Shown here: piece after piece, positions 27,044 through 41,569 of the stretch
Position numbering within the stretch: position 1 is the first letter of the stretch
Layout: every line of letters begins with the position of its first letter
Source of the DNA: Octopus sinensis
Taxonomy: Eukaryota
NCBI RefSeq assembly: GCF_006345805.1
Contig: NC_043010.1
Coordinates: forward strand, 68,324,001 to 68,388,000
Direction: 5' to 3'
Length of the DNA: 64,000 nt
The notes under the pieces: generated by a model
Told to the model about the DNA's origin: nothing
What the model saw: only the letters and a program-made list of their open reading frames with translations
The model's database searches: none
Position numbers and translations under genes: made by a program

Positions 27044-27209
27044 TAATTAATAATAATAATATCGAAAAATACCTTAGGAATTAGAACCTAGGTTCGAAAT
27101 TTCCCCAAGACACCTGATGAAGGCTGGAGGGTATATCAGCCGAAACGTTGTGTTAACAACAAACAAGATGAGGACAAATATCCGTCAAATGTAAATAATG
27201 TAAATAAGG
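26868..27209 (+). mobile_element. SINE family D: tRNA-like head, (AAT)n spacer, hammerhead-bearing tail
   Basis: A box tggcggagtga, B box gagttcgattcc. Flanks aaaagaatat-atacaaa (26851-26867) and aaaagaatat(att)atacaaa (27210-27229) resemble a TSD. Confidence 0.85.
27109..27154 (+). ncRNA. minimal type I hammerhead ribozyme, intact core
   Basis: GACAC-CUGAUGA-A-GGCUG(gagggtatat)CAGCC-GAA-ACGU-U-GUGUU: stem I GACAC/GUGUU, 5-bp stem II, palindromic stem III ACGU, predicted cleavage after U27149. Confidence 0.8.
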
Positions 27210-29814
27210 AAAAGAATATATTATACAAACACGCATATATTACATAGGAACAGACTTAACACAAGTGTGCATAACTAACTGCCCCTCCGTTGGTTTCGAC
27301 AATGAGCGGAACAGCCTGTATATAAAATTAACATACAAGTGGTTGAGTACTACACAGACACGTGTACACTTAACATAGTTCTCAGGGAGATTCAGTGTGT
27401 CACAGAACGCGACGAAGCAGGCTCTTTCATATACAGGTATAACTTACTTTTGTCAGCTGAGTGAACGGGAGCAAAGTGAAATATCTTGTTCAAGGACACA
27501 ACACACAGCCATGAATCGGACGCAGATTGTGAGCCAAGTACCCTAGCCACAGGGCCACGTGTCTTCACTGCATCCGTGCATACGCATATCCAGACATCCA
27601 CTGCGTGGGTAAATAATGATACAGGTAGTTGTACGAATATAAATACACAAACGAAATAAAGGTACAATTTACAAGCAAAATAAAGACCGTACAGCTCTGA
27701 GAGAAAGATAGGACAAGATATATGTATAAGTAACGCAAGGATAATGTCCTAAACGACGGGAATACTCCTTTATGACTTAGAAAACTGCTTCTAAGCGTTG
27801 GCCGATTTTCTTTTTGAATTCATAGCATAAAATATTCATCTCCTGTATAAAAGACAGTCATAAATTATATCAGACCGTAGTGGAAAGCTTAATTTGCCTT
27901 TCTCTGCTTTTGATGGTTTATCGTTAATTAAGCAATCGAGATCGAATTTGGAACTGCGTGACTGCGAAGCGAACTTCTTAAATACTCGCTGACAGAAATA
28001 TTTCTTGAGACAGCTGAAAATGAGGATCGGTGAGGGGGGAGTAAAAAAAAAAAAAAAGAAAACTTGCTAAATCTTAGTGAGTTGGGGGTAGATTCCTGGG
28101 ATGTGAGTATTTGTTTAGGTAAAGATTTGGAGGGGTGGGGCGCGGAATATTAATCCAGTTCTGGATTTAAAGACATCAGAAGAGACTGAGAAATGTAGTA
28201 GAGACCGCAAGACCTTGGGATTGAAAGCTTTCCAGCAGATGTGAATGACGGGTGTAAAACCCTGGAAAAACAAACAATAAACACAAACAAACAAACAAGA
28301 AGGAATATCACCCCCCCCATGCCAATTATAAAAGAATTTTTAACTTCTAACACAACTAAATTAGTTTTTGAAAGAACAAGCTTGTAAAGTCTACAAGATT
28401 CTTTATTGATTAAATCAACAATTTCAAATAACCAATTATTTAAGAATTTTCGAAAATAATTCAGTCGAGAAAACTACTGTTAAATATTTTGGTTAATTTC
28501 TAAAAAAGAAAAAAAAATGAAAGAAAGGAAAGAAAAATATAACTAAAATATTTAACTATAATTTCTTCCAGTGGATCATTTTCGAAAATTCCTACGTAAT
28601 TGGTTATTTTCCTTTAGACAAGTTCATATTTCCGAATAACTTACAATGTGGTATATCACTCTAGGATGTTTGTCATAAAACATTTTCTTAACGTATATTT
28701 TTTTTTATTGTTTTTCCCCACCAAAAAAATGTTGTTGTTATTTTTTTTTATGTTCAGGAAATTTTGCTCTTAAACTGAACGGCGATTACTTATTTAAACC
28801 TGCTTTTTTACGTTTCTTTGAGAAATGTTTGAAACTATACTGCCACGTTACGTTAAGAATGATTAAGAACTCTTTAAATTGTTTGGTTTTTTTCCCTATT
28901 TTCCCAGCATTAAATGTACACACACACACACACGCACATGTGCAAAAACACATATATACATGCACAAATACACAAGCATATATATAAATATAGGCATATA
29001 TATATATATATGTGCGCCTATATATATATATATGTGTGTGTGCCTATATATATATATGTATATATTATATATATATATGCCTATATATATATATATGCCT
29101 ATATATATATATATATGTGTGCTTATATATATATATGCCTATATATATATATATATATAATATATATATATATATACTTGCCATTTACGAACCATAAGAA
29201 CATACATCTGTCTGCACTCAAATTCTCACTTTAAAACACACTCTCACACACCCACATAAATATCGCAGGAAAATGCAAACACATGTACATACAGACATCA
29301 GTATATACGTATATGTATGTGTGTATATATATGTGTATGTATATATTACCTATATACATATGTATACACATACATACATGTATATATATATGTATACACA
29401 TGCATACATGTATATATATATCTATATACACATACATACATACAAGTATATACATGTATATATATCTATACACACATACATACATTCAAGTATATATATA
29501 TATGTACACACATACATACATGTATATATATCTATATACACATACATACAAGTATATATATATATATATGTATACACATACATACATGTATATATATCTA
29601 TATATACATACACATATATATATAAGTATATATATGTATACATATATATATATATGTATACACATATACATATATAAATATGTATACACATACATACATG
29701 TATATGTATATATGTATACACTTACATACATGTATATGTATATATATATACACATACGTACATGTATATGTATATATATATATATATATACATACGTATA
29801 TATATATATATATC

Positions 29815-29846
<32 letters not shown>

Positions 29847-31214
29847 ATGCGTATATGTGTTGTTACGGGGGCGGGTGTAGCAATAAACAAACGTGTACAG
29901 AATAGAGTTGAACGTGAATATATATTTTCGTAGCTACGAAAGTAAACTGAATGAACAGAAGCAATAAACTGGCCACGACGTTCAGGTGTCTTCACTTACA
30001 CCATAAAATTGGTTTCCCAGATCTATTGTTTCAATCACAATTCCTTGGTTATATTGTTCTTCTTGGGTCGAAAATTCTTATTCTTACAAAAAAAGCTACT
30101 CCCTGAAAATGGAACGCAACATTTCACAGATTTGAGTCAACGGTGAGAAATATGCAGCAGGCAGTTTAAATGCACGAGTCTCCAATACCGAAGTGATTAA
30201 AACGTGTCAGCCGGAGGACACCCAGGGGATCATGACTTGGATGCGGGCCGGCCCTCTTACATTCTAAGATGATAATGGCCGAAACACTTGGCCAAGTTGT
30301 GTTTCTTCTCTGAAGACTTCTTGAGAGTTTCTCATCATCAAAACAAGAACTACACTGGCGAAAATAAATTTAAGACCGATGATAAAAGTTCTATTTCTTA
30401 CAAAATATTTTGTTACTAACACCCACCATACAAATTATTTTTATCTTTTACACCTTATGCAGAATTTATTTCTCTTTCGGTGTGAGACAAAAACAGGCAC
30501 GAAGATGTGTGCACATATGTAATGGGCTTCTCCACAGTTTCCGTCTCCGAAATTCATTCATAAAACATAGGTCGACTCGACGCCACAGTAGAAGAAGACA
30601 CCAAAGATAATGTGATGTGGCAAGCAATCCGACAGCCCACGATTCTGAAGTAGGTTTCGTGACCACACAGCCATAGACGAAGCAATGTTTAAAACCTTAT
30701 ATATAGGACTTAACAACGACTTGGCTCTCTTTATTGATAATGGACAAAGATTAAACAAGATCAGGAAATATTTAATAAGTACTCTTAAAGAACTAGAAGT
30801 TAGTATTATTCTAGCCAGAAATTTAAGTCAGTTAAATGTTGAGAGCTTAGCTTAGATTTAGACGCATCAATAACAGAAAAGAAAAAAAATGAAAATGTAT
30901 TAGGAAATATTTAATCAGTACTTTTAGAACTGGAAGTTAGTATTACTCTAACCAGAAATTTCCCCAAGTAAGTTAAATGTTGAGATTTTAGCTTAGATTC
31001 AGACACATCTATAACAGAAAATAAAAAAAATACAAACGTAGATCGACAGCGTTTCCAATTACCTCCATATCATTTTCAAGAACCTACTTGTTGATGATTC
31101 TGTTTAACCAAACTCATTCCTGGATGAGCAGACATTTTATCAACAAATTTTGCAGTAGTCATTATTGTGCCGCTTAATGCATCATCGTCTACATAGTACA
31201 GTAATGCATATTTC

Positions 31215-31265
<51 letters not shown>

Positions 31266-31661
31266 GTTGTTGTTGTTATTATTATTATGTTAGGGTGTGA
31301 TTGTGAAGGATATTTGGCAGCAATTCACTCTGTGAAAGCAGATAAGAGATACGGCTCCGAGATAAGCAGACGTACAACTATAAATATTGTTGAGTTATGT
31401 CATTTTCACCATAACTAAAATGCCGAACTGATGTTTTATCGATCTGGCGTGATTTCTTTCCAGAAAGAGTTAGAGTGCAACAAATAAGTCATATTCTGTT
31501 GTGTCTGGAGAAAAGTCATTTTTCTTTTTGTGCCTTATAATTTAACACACTCACCGGTAAAATGACTCTCACCAGACAAAACAGAATATGCTTCAACACA
31601 CGAACTCAAATAAAGAATCTTGCAAACCAAATTCAAAAACGAAAAATAATTCATAGGTATC

Positions 31662-32057
31662 TCTTTTACGCTTTTACTTGTTTCAGCCATTTGACTGCGG
31701 TCATGCTGGAGCACCGCATTTAGTCGAGCAAATCGACCCCGGGATTTATTCATTGTGAGCCTAGTACTTATTCTATCGGTCTCGTTTGCCGAACTGCTAA
31801 GTGACGGGGACATAAGTACACCAAGCAATGTCAAGCAATGCTAGGGGAACAAACACAGACACACACACACACACATGTATCTATACATATATACGACGGG
31901 CTTCTTTCAGTTTCCGTCTACCAAACCCACTCATAAGACTTTGGTCGGCCCGAGGCTATAGTAGAAGATACCTGCCCAAGGTGCCACGCAGTGGGACTGA
32001 ATCCGGAACCATGTGGCTGCTAAGCAAGCTACTTATCACACAGCCACTCCTGCACCT
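31662..32057 (-). mobile_element. SINE family B
   Basis: Reverse-complement match from tail (cttttacttg) to head (cagccactcctgcacct). Confidence 0.8.
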
Positions 32058-32339
32058 GTGAAGGATCTATTAAGAACCGTTATGAGGATCGCAAATTCCC
32101 TTTTAAATTCGAAAGAGGAGTATACTATATCTAAAGGAGACTCACACTACATTGTTAGTAAATCTAAAGGAGACCCACACTAATTGTGAAATCCCACGCC
32201 TCGTCTTAAACCAAGACAAAAAGCACATTAACAGAAAAATCATCTAGAGCTACCTAACGAAAAAAATAATCCCTCCATTTTATCTACACGTGATTCCTTA
32301 ACGTGTTTTGAGGGTATATACCCCCAGACACTTCTTCCG

Positions 32340-32620
32340 TAGTGCCCTGTTAAAAGCAACCTTCATTACATTTTTCGGTTGGATTCCCAAGCGTGACTGA
32401 CCAAGAGTATGGATATTTCCGACCATCTCGTTTTTAGTTGGTCCCTAGGTCTTCTACCAGTTGGTTCGGCTTGAAGAATCCGTCTTGCTATTCTTTTTCC
32501 TGTGACGAACTAATCACACGGCCTTAGTACCGGAGTTGCGGACTTCCAATGCAGTGAAATAGCGGCTCCACTTGGAGTGGATCCTAGATTTCTAAATTAT
32601 TCACCCTGTCGGGTAACGTC
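32340..32620 (-). mobile_element. RTE-type LINE 3' remnant
   Basis: Minus strand translates to ARRILQAEPTGRRPRDQLKTRW. Confidence 0.6.
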
Positions 32621-32829
32621 ACGCTCTCGGTCGTAAATACACACTATCATGAAAATATTCTTTTTTCTTTTCCTCTATAACTCCAATAGAACACTTGAAC
32701 TGGATTACTTCGCTAGTTTTAAATTGTTGCCACAGTAGCTGTACTTCACTAACTGGCAACCTGGACAAAGCCATATATATATATATTATATATATATATA
32801 TACACACACAGTGACAGACTTATCGAGAG

Positions 32830-33090
32830 ATAGATGGGTAGAGAGTGTGAGTGATAGATTGATCGACAGGTAGATGGGTAGAGAGAGTGTGAGTGATGGA
32901 TTGATCGACAGGTAGATGGGTAGAGAGAGTGTGAGTGATAGATTGATCGACAGGTAGATGGGTAGAGAGAGTGTGAGTGATGGATTGATCGACAGGTAAA
33001 TGGGTAGAGAGAGTGTGAGTGATAGATTGATCGTCAGGTAGATGGGTAGAGAGAGTGTGAGTGATAGATTGATCGATAGGTAGATGGGCA
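32830..33090 (+). repeat. 42-bp minisatellite, about 6 copies
   Basis: Unit gatagattgatcgacaggtagatgggtagagagagtgtgagt, followed by (GATA)n. Confidence 0.85.
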
Positions 33091-33141
33091 GAGTGTTAGT
33101 GATAGACAGACAGACAGACAGACAGATATATATATATATAT

Positions 33142-33179
<38 letters not shown>

Positions 33180-33180
33180 G

Positions 33181-33243
<63 letters not shown>

Positions 33244-33589
33244 GAGGGAAAATAGGAACATAAATGGACAAACAGACAGACAGATAGACAGACAGACAGT
33301 TATGTGGGTAGATATGCCTATATATCATATCCTATCTAACCATATATCGTCTTTTTATCTGAAGATGGAACAAAATATGCATCAGCAGATCTTAAAAGAA
33401 AAAAGAAAGTGCTTCAAATCTAATCTCAGTTTGCAAGAAATAGAAAGTTCCACATTTAGCTTAGAACTAAAATAGAGCCAAAAACATCAGATTTTTAGAG
33501 AAAACGAAGGAGTGGATAGACTGATTGGGAATGCAAAATAAGACGACTATTTCTTTCTTGATTTAAATGCATGAGTACTTATAAATATT

Positions 33590-33799
33590 GGTTTCAAATT
33601 TTGGTACAGGGCTATTTGGTTACGTCGACCCCCAGTGCTCAACTGGTACTTATTCTATCTACCCTGAAAGAATAAAAGAACAAAGGCAGTCTCGGAGGAA
33701 TTTGACCCTCGGAACGTAAAAGGACGGACGGACGGACGGACGAAATACCGCTCAGGATTTTGCCCGACGTGTTAACGATTCTACCAGATCACCACCTTG
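33590..33799 (-). mobile_element. SINE family A
   Basis: Head aaggtggtgatctggtagaatcg on the minus strand, abutting the large (AAT)n array. Confidence 0.7.
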
Positions 33800-33800
33800 A

Positions 33801-33850
<50 letters not shown>

Positions 33851-33905
33851 TAACAATAATAACAATAATAATATAATAATAATAATAATAATAACACAAC
33901 AAATG

Positions 33906-33947
<42 letters not shown>

Positions 33948-33954
33948 TAATAAC

Positions 33955-33991
<37 letters not shown>

Positions 33992-34017
33992 TATATAATA
34001 ATACCAACAACAACATG

Positions 34018-34048
<31 letters not shown>

Positions 34049-34144
34049 TAATAATAATAATAATAACAACAACAACATATGATAATGATAATAATAATAA
34101 TAATAATAATACATAATAATAATAATAACAACAACAATGATAAT

Positions 34145-34175
<31 letters not shown>

Positions 34176-34319
34176 TAATAATAATAAATACACAACAACA
34201 ATGATAATAATAATAATAAATAATAATAATAATAACAATATAATAATAACAACAACAACAATGAATAATATAAAATAATAATAATAACACGTATAATAAT
34301 AATAATAACAACAACATGA

Positions 34320-34350
<31 letters not shown>

Positions 34351-34658
34351 AATAATAATAATAACAATAATAATAATAAATATATAAACAATAATAATAA
34401 TAATAACAACAACAATGATAATAATAATAATATAATATATAATAACAATAATAATAATATAACAACAACAACAATGTAATAATAATATAATAATAAAAAT
34501 AATAACAATATAATAATAATAATAACAACAACAATGATAATAATAATAATAATAATAATAATATAACAATAATAATAATCAATAACAACAACAACAATGA
34601 TCTAATAATAATAATATAAAAAATAATAACATATATAATAATAATAACAACAACAATG

Positions 34659-34692
<34 letters not shown>

Positions 34693-34915
34693 TAATAATA
34701 ATATAATAATACAACACCAATGAATAATAATAATAATAATAAATAATAATAATAATAACAATAATAATAATAATAACAACAACAATATAATATAATAATA
34801 ATAATATAATACTAATAATAATAATAACAATAATAATAATAATAACAACAAAATGATAATAATAATATAATAATAATAATATAATAACATAATAATAATA
34901 ATAACAACAACAATG

Positions 34916-34949
<34 letters not shown>

Positions 34950-35034
34950 TATAATACATAATAATAATACAACAACAACAATGATAATATAATAATAATA
35001 ATAATAACATAATAATAATAACAACAACAACATG

Positions 35035-35067
<33 letters not shown>

Positions 35068-35659
35068 TAATAATAATATAATAACAACAACAATGATAAT
35101 AATAATATAATAATAATAATAATAATAACAATAATAATAATAATCACAATAATAATATAATAATAATAATACAATAATAATAATAATAAACAACATTATA
35201 TAATAAATAATAATAATAACAATAATAATAATAATAACAACAACAACAATGATATAATAATAATAATAATATAATATAAAAATACAACAATAATAATAAA
35301 TAATAACAACAACAATGATAATAATAATAATATATAATAACAATAATAATAATAATAACAACAACAATGATAATAATAATAATAATATAATAAAATACTA
35401 ATAACAATAATAATAATAATAACTCAACAATAATATAATAATAATAATATAACTAATATAATAATACTAATAATAATAATAATAACACTAATAATAATAA
35501 TCACAACAATGATAATAATATAATAAGAATAATAATATAATAATAACAATAATAATAATAATAACAACAACACAATGAATAATATAATAATAATAATAAT
35601 AATATAATAATATACTAATAATAATAATAATAACAATAATAATAATAACAACAACAATG

Positions 35660-35702
<43 letters not shown>

Positions 35703-35721
35703 CAACAACAACAATGATAAT

Positions 35722-35752
<31 letters not shown>

Positions 35753-35796
35753 TAATAATAATAATAATATATAATAATAATAATAATAATAATAAC

Positions 35797-35828
<32 letters not shown>

Positions 35829-36131
35829 TAATAATAATAACAATCATAATAATAATAATACAATAATAATATAATAATAATATAATAACAATAATAAAAT
35901 ATAATAAATAATAATAACAATAATAATAATAATAATAATAATAATATAATAACAATAACAATAAAATCATAATATAATACTAATAATAATAATAATAATA
36001 ACAACAACAACAATGATAATAACAATAATAATAATAATAATAATAGTAATAATAATAATAATAATGATGATGATGATGATGATAATAATAACAATAACAA
36101 TAACAATAATAACAATAACAATAACAATAAC

Positions 36132-36181
<50 letters not shown>

Positions 36182-36253
36182 TGATGATAACAATAACAAA
36201 AATATAATACAATAACAATAACAATAATAATAATGATGATAATAATAATGATG

Positions 36254-36291
<38 letters not shown>

Positions 36292-36300
36292 TAATAATAA
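33801..36300 (+). repeat. 2.5-kb degenerate (AAT)n/(AAC)n microsatellite
   Basis: Continuous AAT with recurring aacaacaacaatgat interruptions. Confidence 0.97.
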
Positions 36301-36985
36301 AACCTACGTAAAATACTGTCTATGTAATCTCAAATTTCAAAACAAACACATAATTTTCTTATGGTTTCTTAAACATTCTCTAGAACAACACTATATACAA
36401 AACCAAATATATGGCATCCTAGGCATAACACCAACATGAAGTTCTAACTTGTTGTCTCTTGAGGTCTCTGGGTGAGACTTGGAGCCAACTTGTACAAATG
36501 CAAAGCATAAGTCAAACATAAAATGGTAATAATAACAGAAACCAGGCTAACGTTCTTGAAAACCTAAATGCAGATTCTGCGATACATTTGACGAAAAATA
36601 GACCAATTCGTCTCGAGATGTCCTCTGCTGCCACCAAACGAATAAAAAATTGCCACACTAGGGCAGGACAATATTTACATTGGAAAATAAATAGACACCA
36701 CAAAATCAGCACTCCTGCTTACTGGTTTGAACATCATCCTGAACCAGTCGGTGAAGGTAGAAATGCAAACTATCCTTTGGTATTTTCCGGTCAACACCGA
36801 CAGAACGCTCCGAGCTAATCGACCAGACATAGTCATTAAAGACAGGGAAGAAAATACTTGTAGACCAATAGATGTAAGTGTTCCCACCGATTAAAATATA
36901 TCTGTAAAGGAATTTGACAAATTAAGTAAGTATAAGGACCTGGAAACTGAAATACAAAAGATATGGCATCTTCGAACTATACAAA
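36301..36985 (+). mobile_element. R4/Dong-type LINE fragments (3' end and RLE domain)
   Basis: LRKILSM* plus 3' UTR, then CRFC...LHW...WFEHHPEPV and ILWYFPVNTDRTLRANRPDIVIKD...IDVSVP (restriction-like endonuclease motif). Confidence 0.75.
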
Positions 36986-37153
36986 TCAGTCAAGTTAGCT
37001 CGGTTCGGGCATATAGCTCCACGTAATATTAACACGCCATTATTTATGGCTTTAAGTACTTTGAGTTCCATCAATAGAAATATATTATACGAGACGGTGT
37101 CGAAAAATCCCTGGCTTTAGGTAAAAGAAGCCGCAGAAGGATCAGTTAATTAT

Positions 37154-37252
37154 GCCCACGGGCATATGGCGTAGTGGTTAAGAGCACGGGCTACTGACCC
37201 CAAGATTCCGAGTTCGATTCTAGGCAGTGACCTGAATATAATAATAATAATA

Positions 37253-37285
<33 letters not shown>

Positions 37286-37473
37286 CAACATCGAAAAATT
37301 CCTTAGGAATGAGAACCCAGGTTCGAAATTTCCTCAATACACCCGATGAAGGCTGGAGGGTATATCAGCTGAAACGTTCTGTTAACAACAAACAAGATGA
37401 GGACAAATATCCGTCGAATGTAAATAATATAAATATTGTACATAATTCCTCATATCTTAAATATAGAACTGTA
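37154..37473 (+). mobile_element. SINE family D with degenerate hammerhead (37338-37383)
   Basis: Same layout; core mutated to CCGAUGA. TTAATTAT on both sides (37146-37153, 37474-37481). Confidence 0.85.
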
Positions 37474-37619
37474 TTAATTATGGTTTTAATTAACATATTC
37501 CCCTCTCAGATTGAAACTTATTGCAAATGTCCTTCAGATGGTCTAGGCCTTTCGCGATACCCTTAAAGCCAAGAAATTTTCAGCATCCCTTCTATACATA
37601 CATACATACTTACATAAGT

Positions 37620-38002
37620 GGTGGCGCAATGGCCCAGTGGTTAGGGCAGCGGACTCGCGGTCGTAGGATCGCGGTTTCGATTCCCAGACCGGGCGTTGTG
37701 AGTGTTTATTGAGCGAAAACACCTAAAGCTCCACGAGGCTCCGGCAGGGGATGGTGGTGATCCCTGCTGTACTCTTTCACCACAACTTTCTCTCACTCTT
37801 ACTTCCTGTATCTGTTGTACCTGTATTTCAAAGGGCCGGCCTTGTCACTCTCTGTGTCACGCTGAATATCCCCGAGAACTACGTTAAGGGCACACGTGTC
37901 TGTGGAGTGCTCAGCCACTTACACGTTAATTTCACGAGCAGGCTGTTCCGTTGATCGGATCAACCGGAAAACTCGTCGTCGGAACCGACGGAGTGTTTCC
38001 CA
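37620..38002 (+). mobile_element. SINE family C, tail type 1
   Basis: Near-identical to 21758-22141; followed by (ACAT)n. Confidence 0.88.
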
Positions 38003-38325
38003 ACATACATACATACATACATACATACATACATGTTAATACATAGATACATACACACATAGTTATACGTGTGTGTATATATATGAATTTCTTTATCATG
38101 GGTATAATAAGGGTATGTATACTGCAGATTATACACCCCACACACCCATCCACGATCCACTGACTGTACCCCACGACCCTCCAATTCCCATACTTTCTGA
38201 AAATCCTCTTCCTTATTCATCAAGATCCTGCGAAATCTTTAATCTTTGCGCAAACCAATGCTTGACTCGTTCCGAGAAGCTAATCCCATCATTCTGAATA
38301 TTATAACCTTGCTGCTGACCTTACT

Positions 38326-38376
<51 letters not shown>

Positions 38377-38496
38377 TCAGCTGGATGTGTAGATGCTGGT
38401 GATGCTGTAATAGGTGCTTTTTCACATCGTCCGTTCTTGTTGTTGCTAACGCTGTAGGAATTGTTTTATCTTATTACAGCGATTAGCAGCCATAAT

Positions 38497-38571
38497 TGAA
38501 GTCGATGCCCTTTTATCTTGTAGTAGTAGTAGTAGTAGTAGTAGTAGTAAGAATAGTAGTAGTAGTAGTAT

Positions 38572-38610
<39 letters not shown>

Positions 38611-38624
38611 TAGTAGTAGTAAGT

Positions 38625-38657
<33 letters not shown>

Positions 38658-38741
38658 AGAGGAGTAGTAGTAAGAGTAGTAGTAAGAGTAGTAGTAAGAG
38701 TAGTAGTAGTAGTAGTAGTAGTAGAGTAGTAGTAGTAAGAA

Positions 38742-38821
<80 letters not shown>

Positions 38822-38919
38822 AGAGTAGTAGTAGTAGTAGTAGTAGTAAGAGTAGTAAGAGTAGTAAGAGTAGTAGTAGTAGTAGTAGTAATAGTAGTAG
38901 TGGTAGTAGCAGCAGCAGC

Positions 38920-38961
<42 letters not shown>
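38497..38961 (+). repeat. (TAG)n microsatellite
   Basis: About 465 bp of TAG with aagag interruptions; a shorter tract lies at about 38327-38375. Confidence 0.95.
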
Positions 38962-38962
<1 letters not shown>

Positions 38963-39186
38963 TTTGATGTAGATTTGAATTAATAATTTCCAAGGTAAAG
39001 GTTATTTTAATGGTGGGTTTTATTTACTTATTTTAATTTAATTTATTTTATTTTATTTATTTCGCTCATTTACAATACATTCCCATATTCTAAACCAATT
39101 CCGGTCTTGAATTCCAGAACACGACGACAACATTCCATAGAGTGGGTGGCTAGTTGTGGGAGGACAATAATGATCTATGCACACAC

Positions 39187-39321
<135 letters not shown>

Positions 39322-39437
39322 CATACATACATATATATATATCTATATATATATATATATGTATGTATATATATATATATGTATGTATGTATATATATAT
39401 ATATATAAATGTATGTGTGTGTGTGCGCGCGTATATG

Positions 39438-39487
<50 letters not shown>

Positions 39488-39753
39488 TATGTATTATATG
39501 CATATATATATTTTAAATATGAATATATACATATGTGAATATATATATACATATATATAATGCTAATCCAGCTATTTATGTTGTAAATATAAACACACAC
39601 GCACACACATATATGTATATATAATATATATATATATATATAATATATATATACATATATACATATATCTAGCTATCTCTTTCCCAACATATAAATATAT
39701 ATATATATATATATATACATACACATAATTATGTATATATGTATGTATATATG

Positions 39754-39817
<64 letters not shown>

Positions 39818-40117
39818 AGTGTGTGTGTGTTTACGCTTTTGTCTGTCTGTGTGTGTGCGTTTATGAAAGGGGATTAAAGAGAATCTACACAATGAAGAAT
39901 CTAATAAACAGAGAAACGCTCTTTGAAATGAATAGAACAAAGAGAGGGAGAAAAAGAGAGACAGACAGACAGACAGAAACAAAGTGAAAGGGAAGGAGGG
40001 AGGGAATGTAAACGTAAGGAAAGCGTGAAGCACAAAAGAGCAACAACAATACAAAAAAGCGAAATTATCAGCATCATGATAACCACCATTATCATCACCA
40101 TCATCATCGTACATATT

Positions 40118-40670
40118 GCTTTCAAATTTTGGCACAATGCCAGCAATTTCAGAGAAGCGGGTAAATCGATTATATCGATCCCAATTTCTCAAAGGGTACT
40201 TATTTTTTTCGATCCCGAAAGAATGAAAGGCAAATTCGACCTCGGCGGAACTCGAACTCAGGGAATAAACACTGACGATACACCGCTCAGCATTTTGGTT
40301 CTGTCAGCTCTCTGTCTTGTATCCTTTTCTACTCTAGACACAAGGCCCGAAAGAGAGAGCCAGTCGATTAGATCGACCCCCAGTACGCAACTAGTACTTA
40401 ATTTATCGACCCCGAAAGGATGAAAGGCAAAGTCGACCTCGGCGGAAACATAATAATAACCCTTTCTACTATAGGCACAAAGCCTGAAATTGCAGGAGAA
40501 GGGTAACTTGGTTACATTGACTCCCAGTTCACAACTGATACTTATTTCATGGACCCCGAAAAGAGGGAGGGAAAGGTCAACCTCGGCTGAATTTGAACTC
40601 AAAACGTAAAAACGGACGAAATGCCTCTAATCATTTTGCCCGGCGTACTAACGATACTGCCAGGCGATAC
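40118..40670 (-). mobile_element. SINE family A, three fragments
   Basis: Repeated gaccccgaaaggatgaaaggcaaagtcgacctcggc blocks near 40215, 40410 and 40555. Confidence 0.7.
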
Positions 40671-40734
40671 CATCTATATAATTATAATAACAACATAGAT
40701 TCCCAAACATAATTGCAGCAAGTAGTAGTAGTGA

Positions 40735-41490
40735 GACATGACTATGTTCGCAGAAAGGAAAGCTGAAAAGAGAGACAGAAAGTTTGTTAGTAGCTGCATA
40801 AGATCAAGCATTAATGACTAATCGGATAAAAGCCAAGATAGACAAAAATCAAGTAGATTCCCAATGTAGGTTATGCATATCAAAAGAGGAAAGCGTTAAT
40901 CGTATGTAAGTGAATGTAGCATGCTACAATAGAAAGAATACAAGAAAAGACATGACGACCTAGGGAGAGTAATCCATTGGGAGCTATGTAGAAAGCTAGG
41001 ATTTGAACATATTGATAAATAGTACGAGCATAAATCTAGTAAAGTACTAGAAAGTAAGAAAAATAAGATTCTGTGGGACTTGAATATTCAGACTGACAGA
41101 GTAATAGAAGCTAGAAGGTCTGATTTTGTAGTAGTAGATAAAGAGAATGAAAAGTGCCAGATAATTGACTTTACAATCCCAAAGGATGAAAAACTCAATA
41201 TATGAGGTATAGAAAAATAGCAAATTACCAGGACCTAGCTATTGAATTACACAGACTATGGAAAGTGCGGGTATCCCAGTAGTTATACGTACATTGAGAA
41301 TTATACCTAAAGATGAATGGAGGAAATAGGCATAAAACCCAGTTTAGTACGGCTCCAGAAAACAGTGTTATTAGGGAGAGCTAGGATACTTAAGAGGGTT
41401 CTTAATATCTAAGGTTACTTGCTGTAGCCCGATGTTAGTATTATTTTTCTTTTCCAACAGTTTAATCTGTTGTGTATATATGAAATATAC
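40735..41490 (+). mobile_element. R4/Dong-type LINE 3' remnant with (AAT)n tail
   Basis: CRLC..KEESV...RHD...VIHW and KILWDLNIQTDRVIEARRSDFVVVDKE, with stops and frameshifts. Confidence 0.78.
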
Positions 41491-41494
41491 AATG

Positions 41495-41562
<68 letters not shown>

Positions 41563-41569
41563 AATAATA

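Noticed and set aside
28150-28261. Strong minus-strand acceptor before 28261
   Set aside because: All three frames stop within 50 codons, no good donor was found, and no peptide was recognised.
29861-30121. Possible solo LTR (tgttacg...cgcaaca)
   Set aside because: No target-site duplication and no second copy in the window.
32830-33090. Regular 42-bp repeats as a possible CRISPR array
   Set aside because: The units are contiguous with no unique spacers, in a eukaryotic context with no cas genes; it is a minisatellite.
33752-36224. Long ORFs of up to 262 aa (poly-L/Y/I)
   Set aside because: Translations of the (AAT)n array. The same applies to the YI/CV/HT-rich ORFs over TA/TG tracts and the poly-K/R/S ORFs at 50839-51249.
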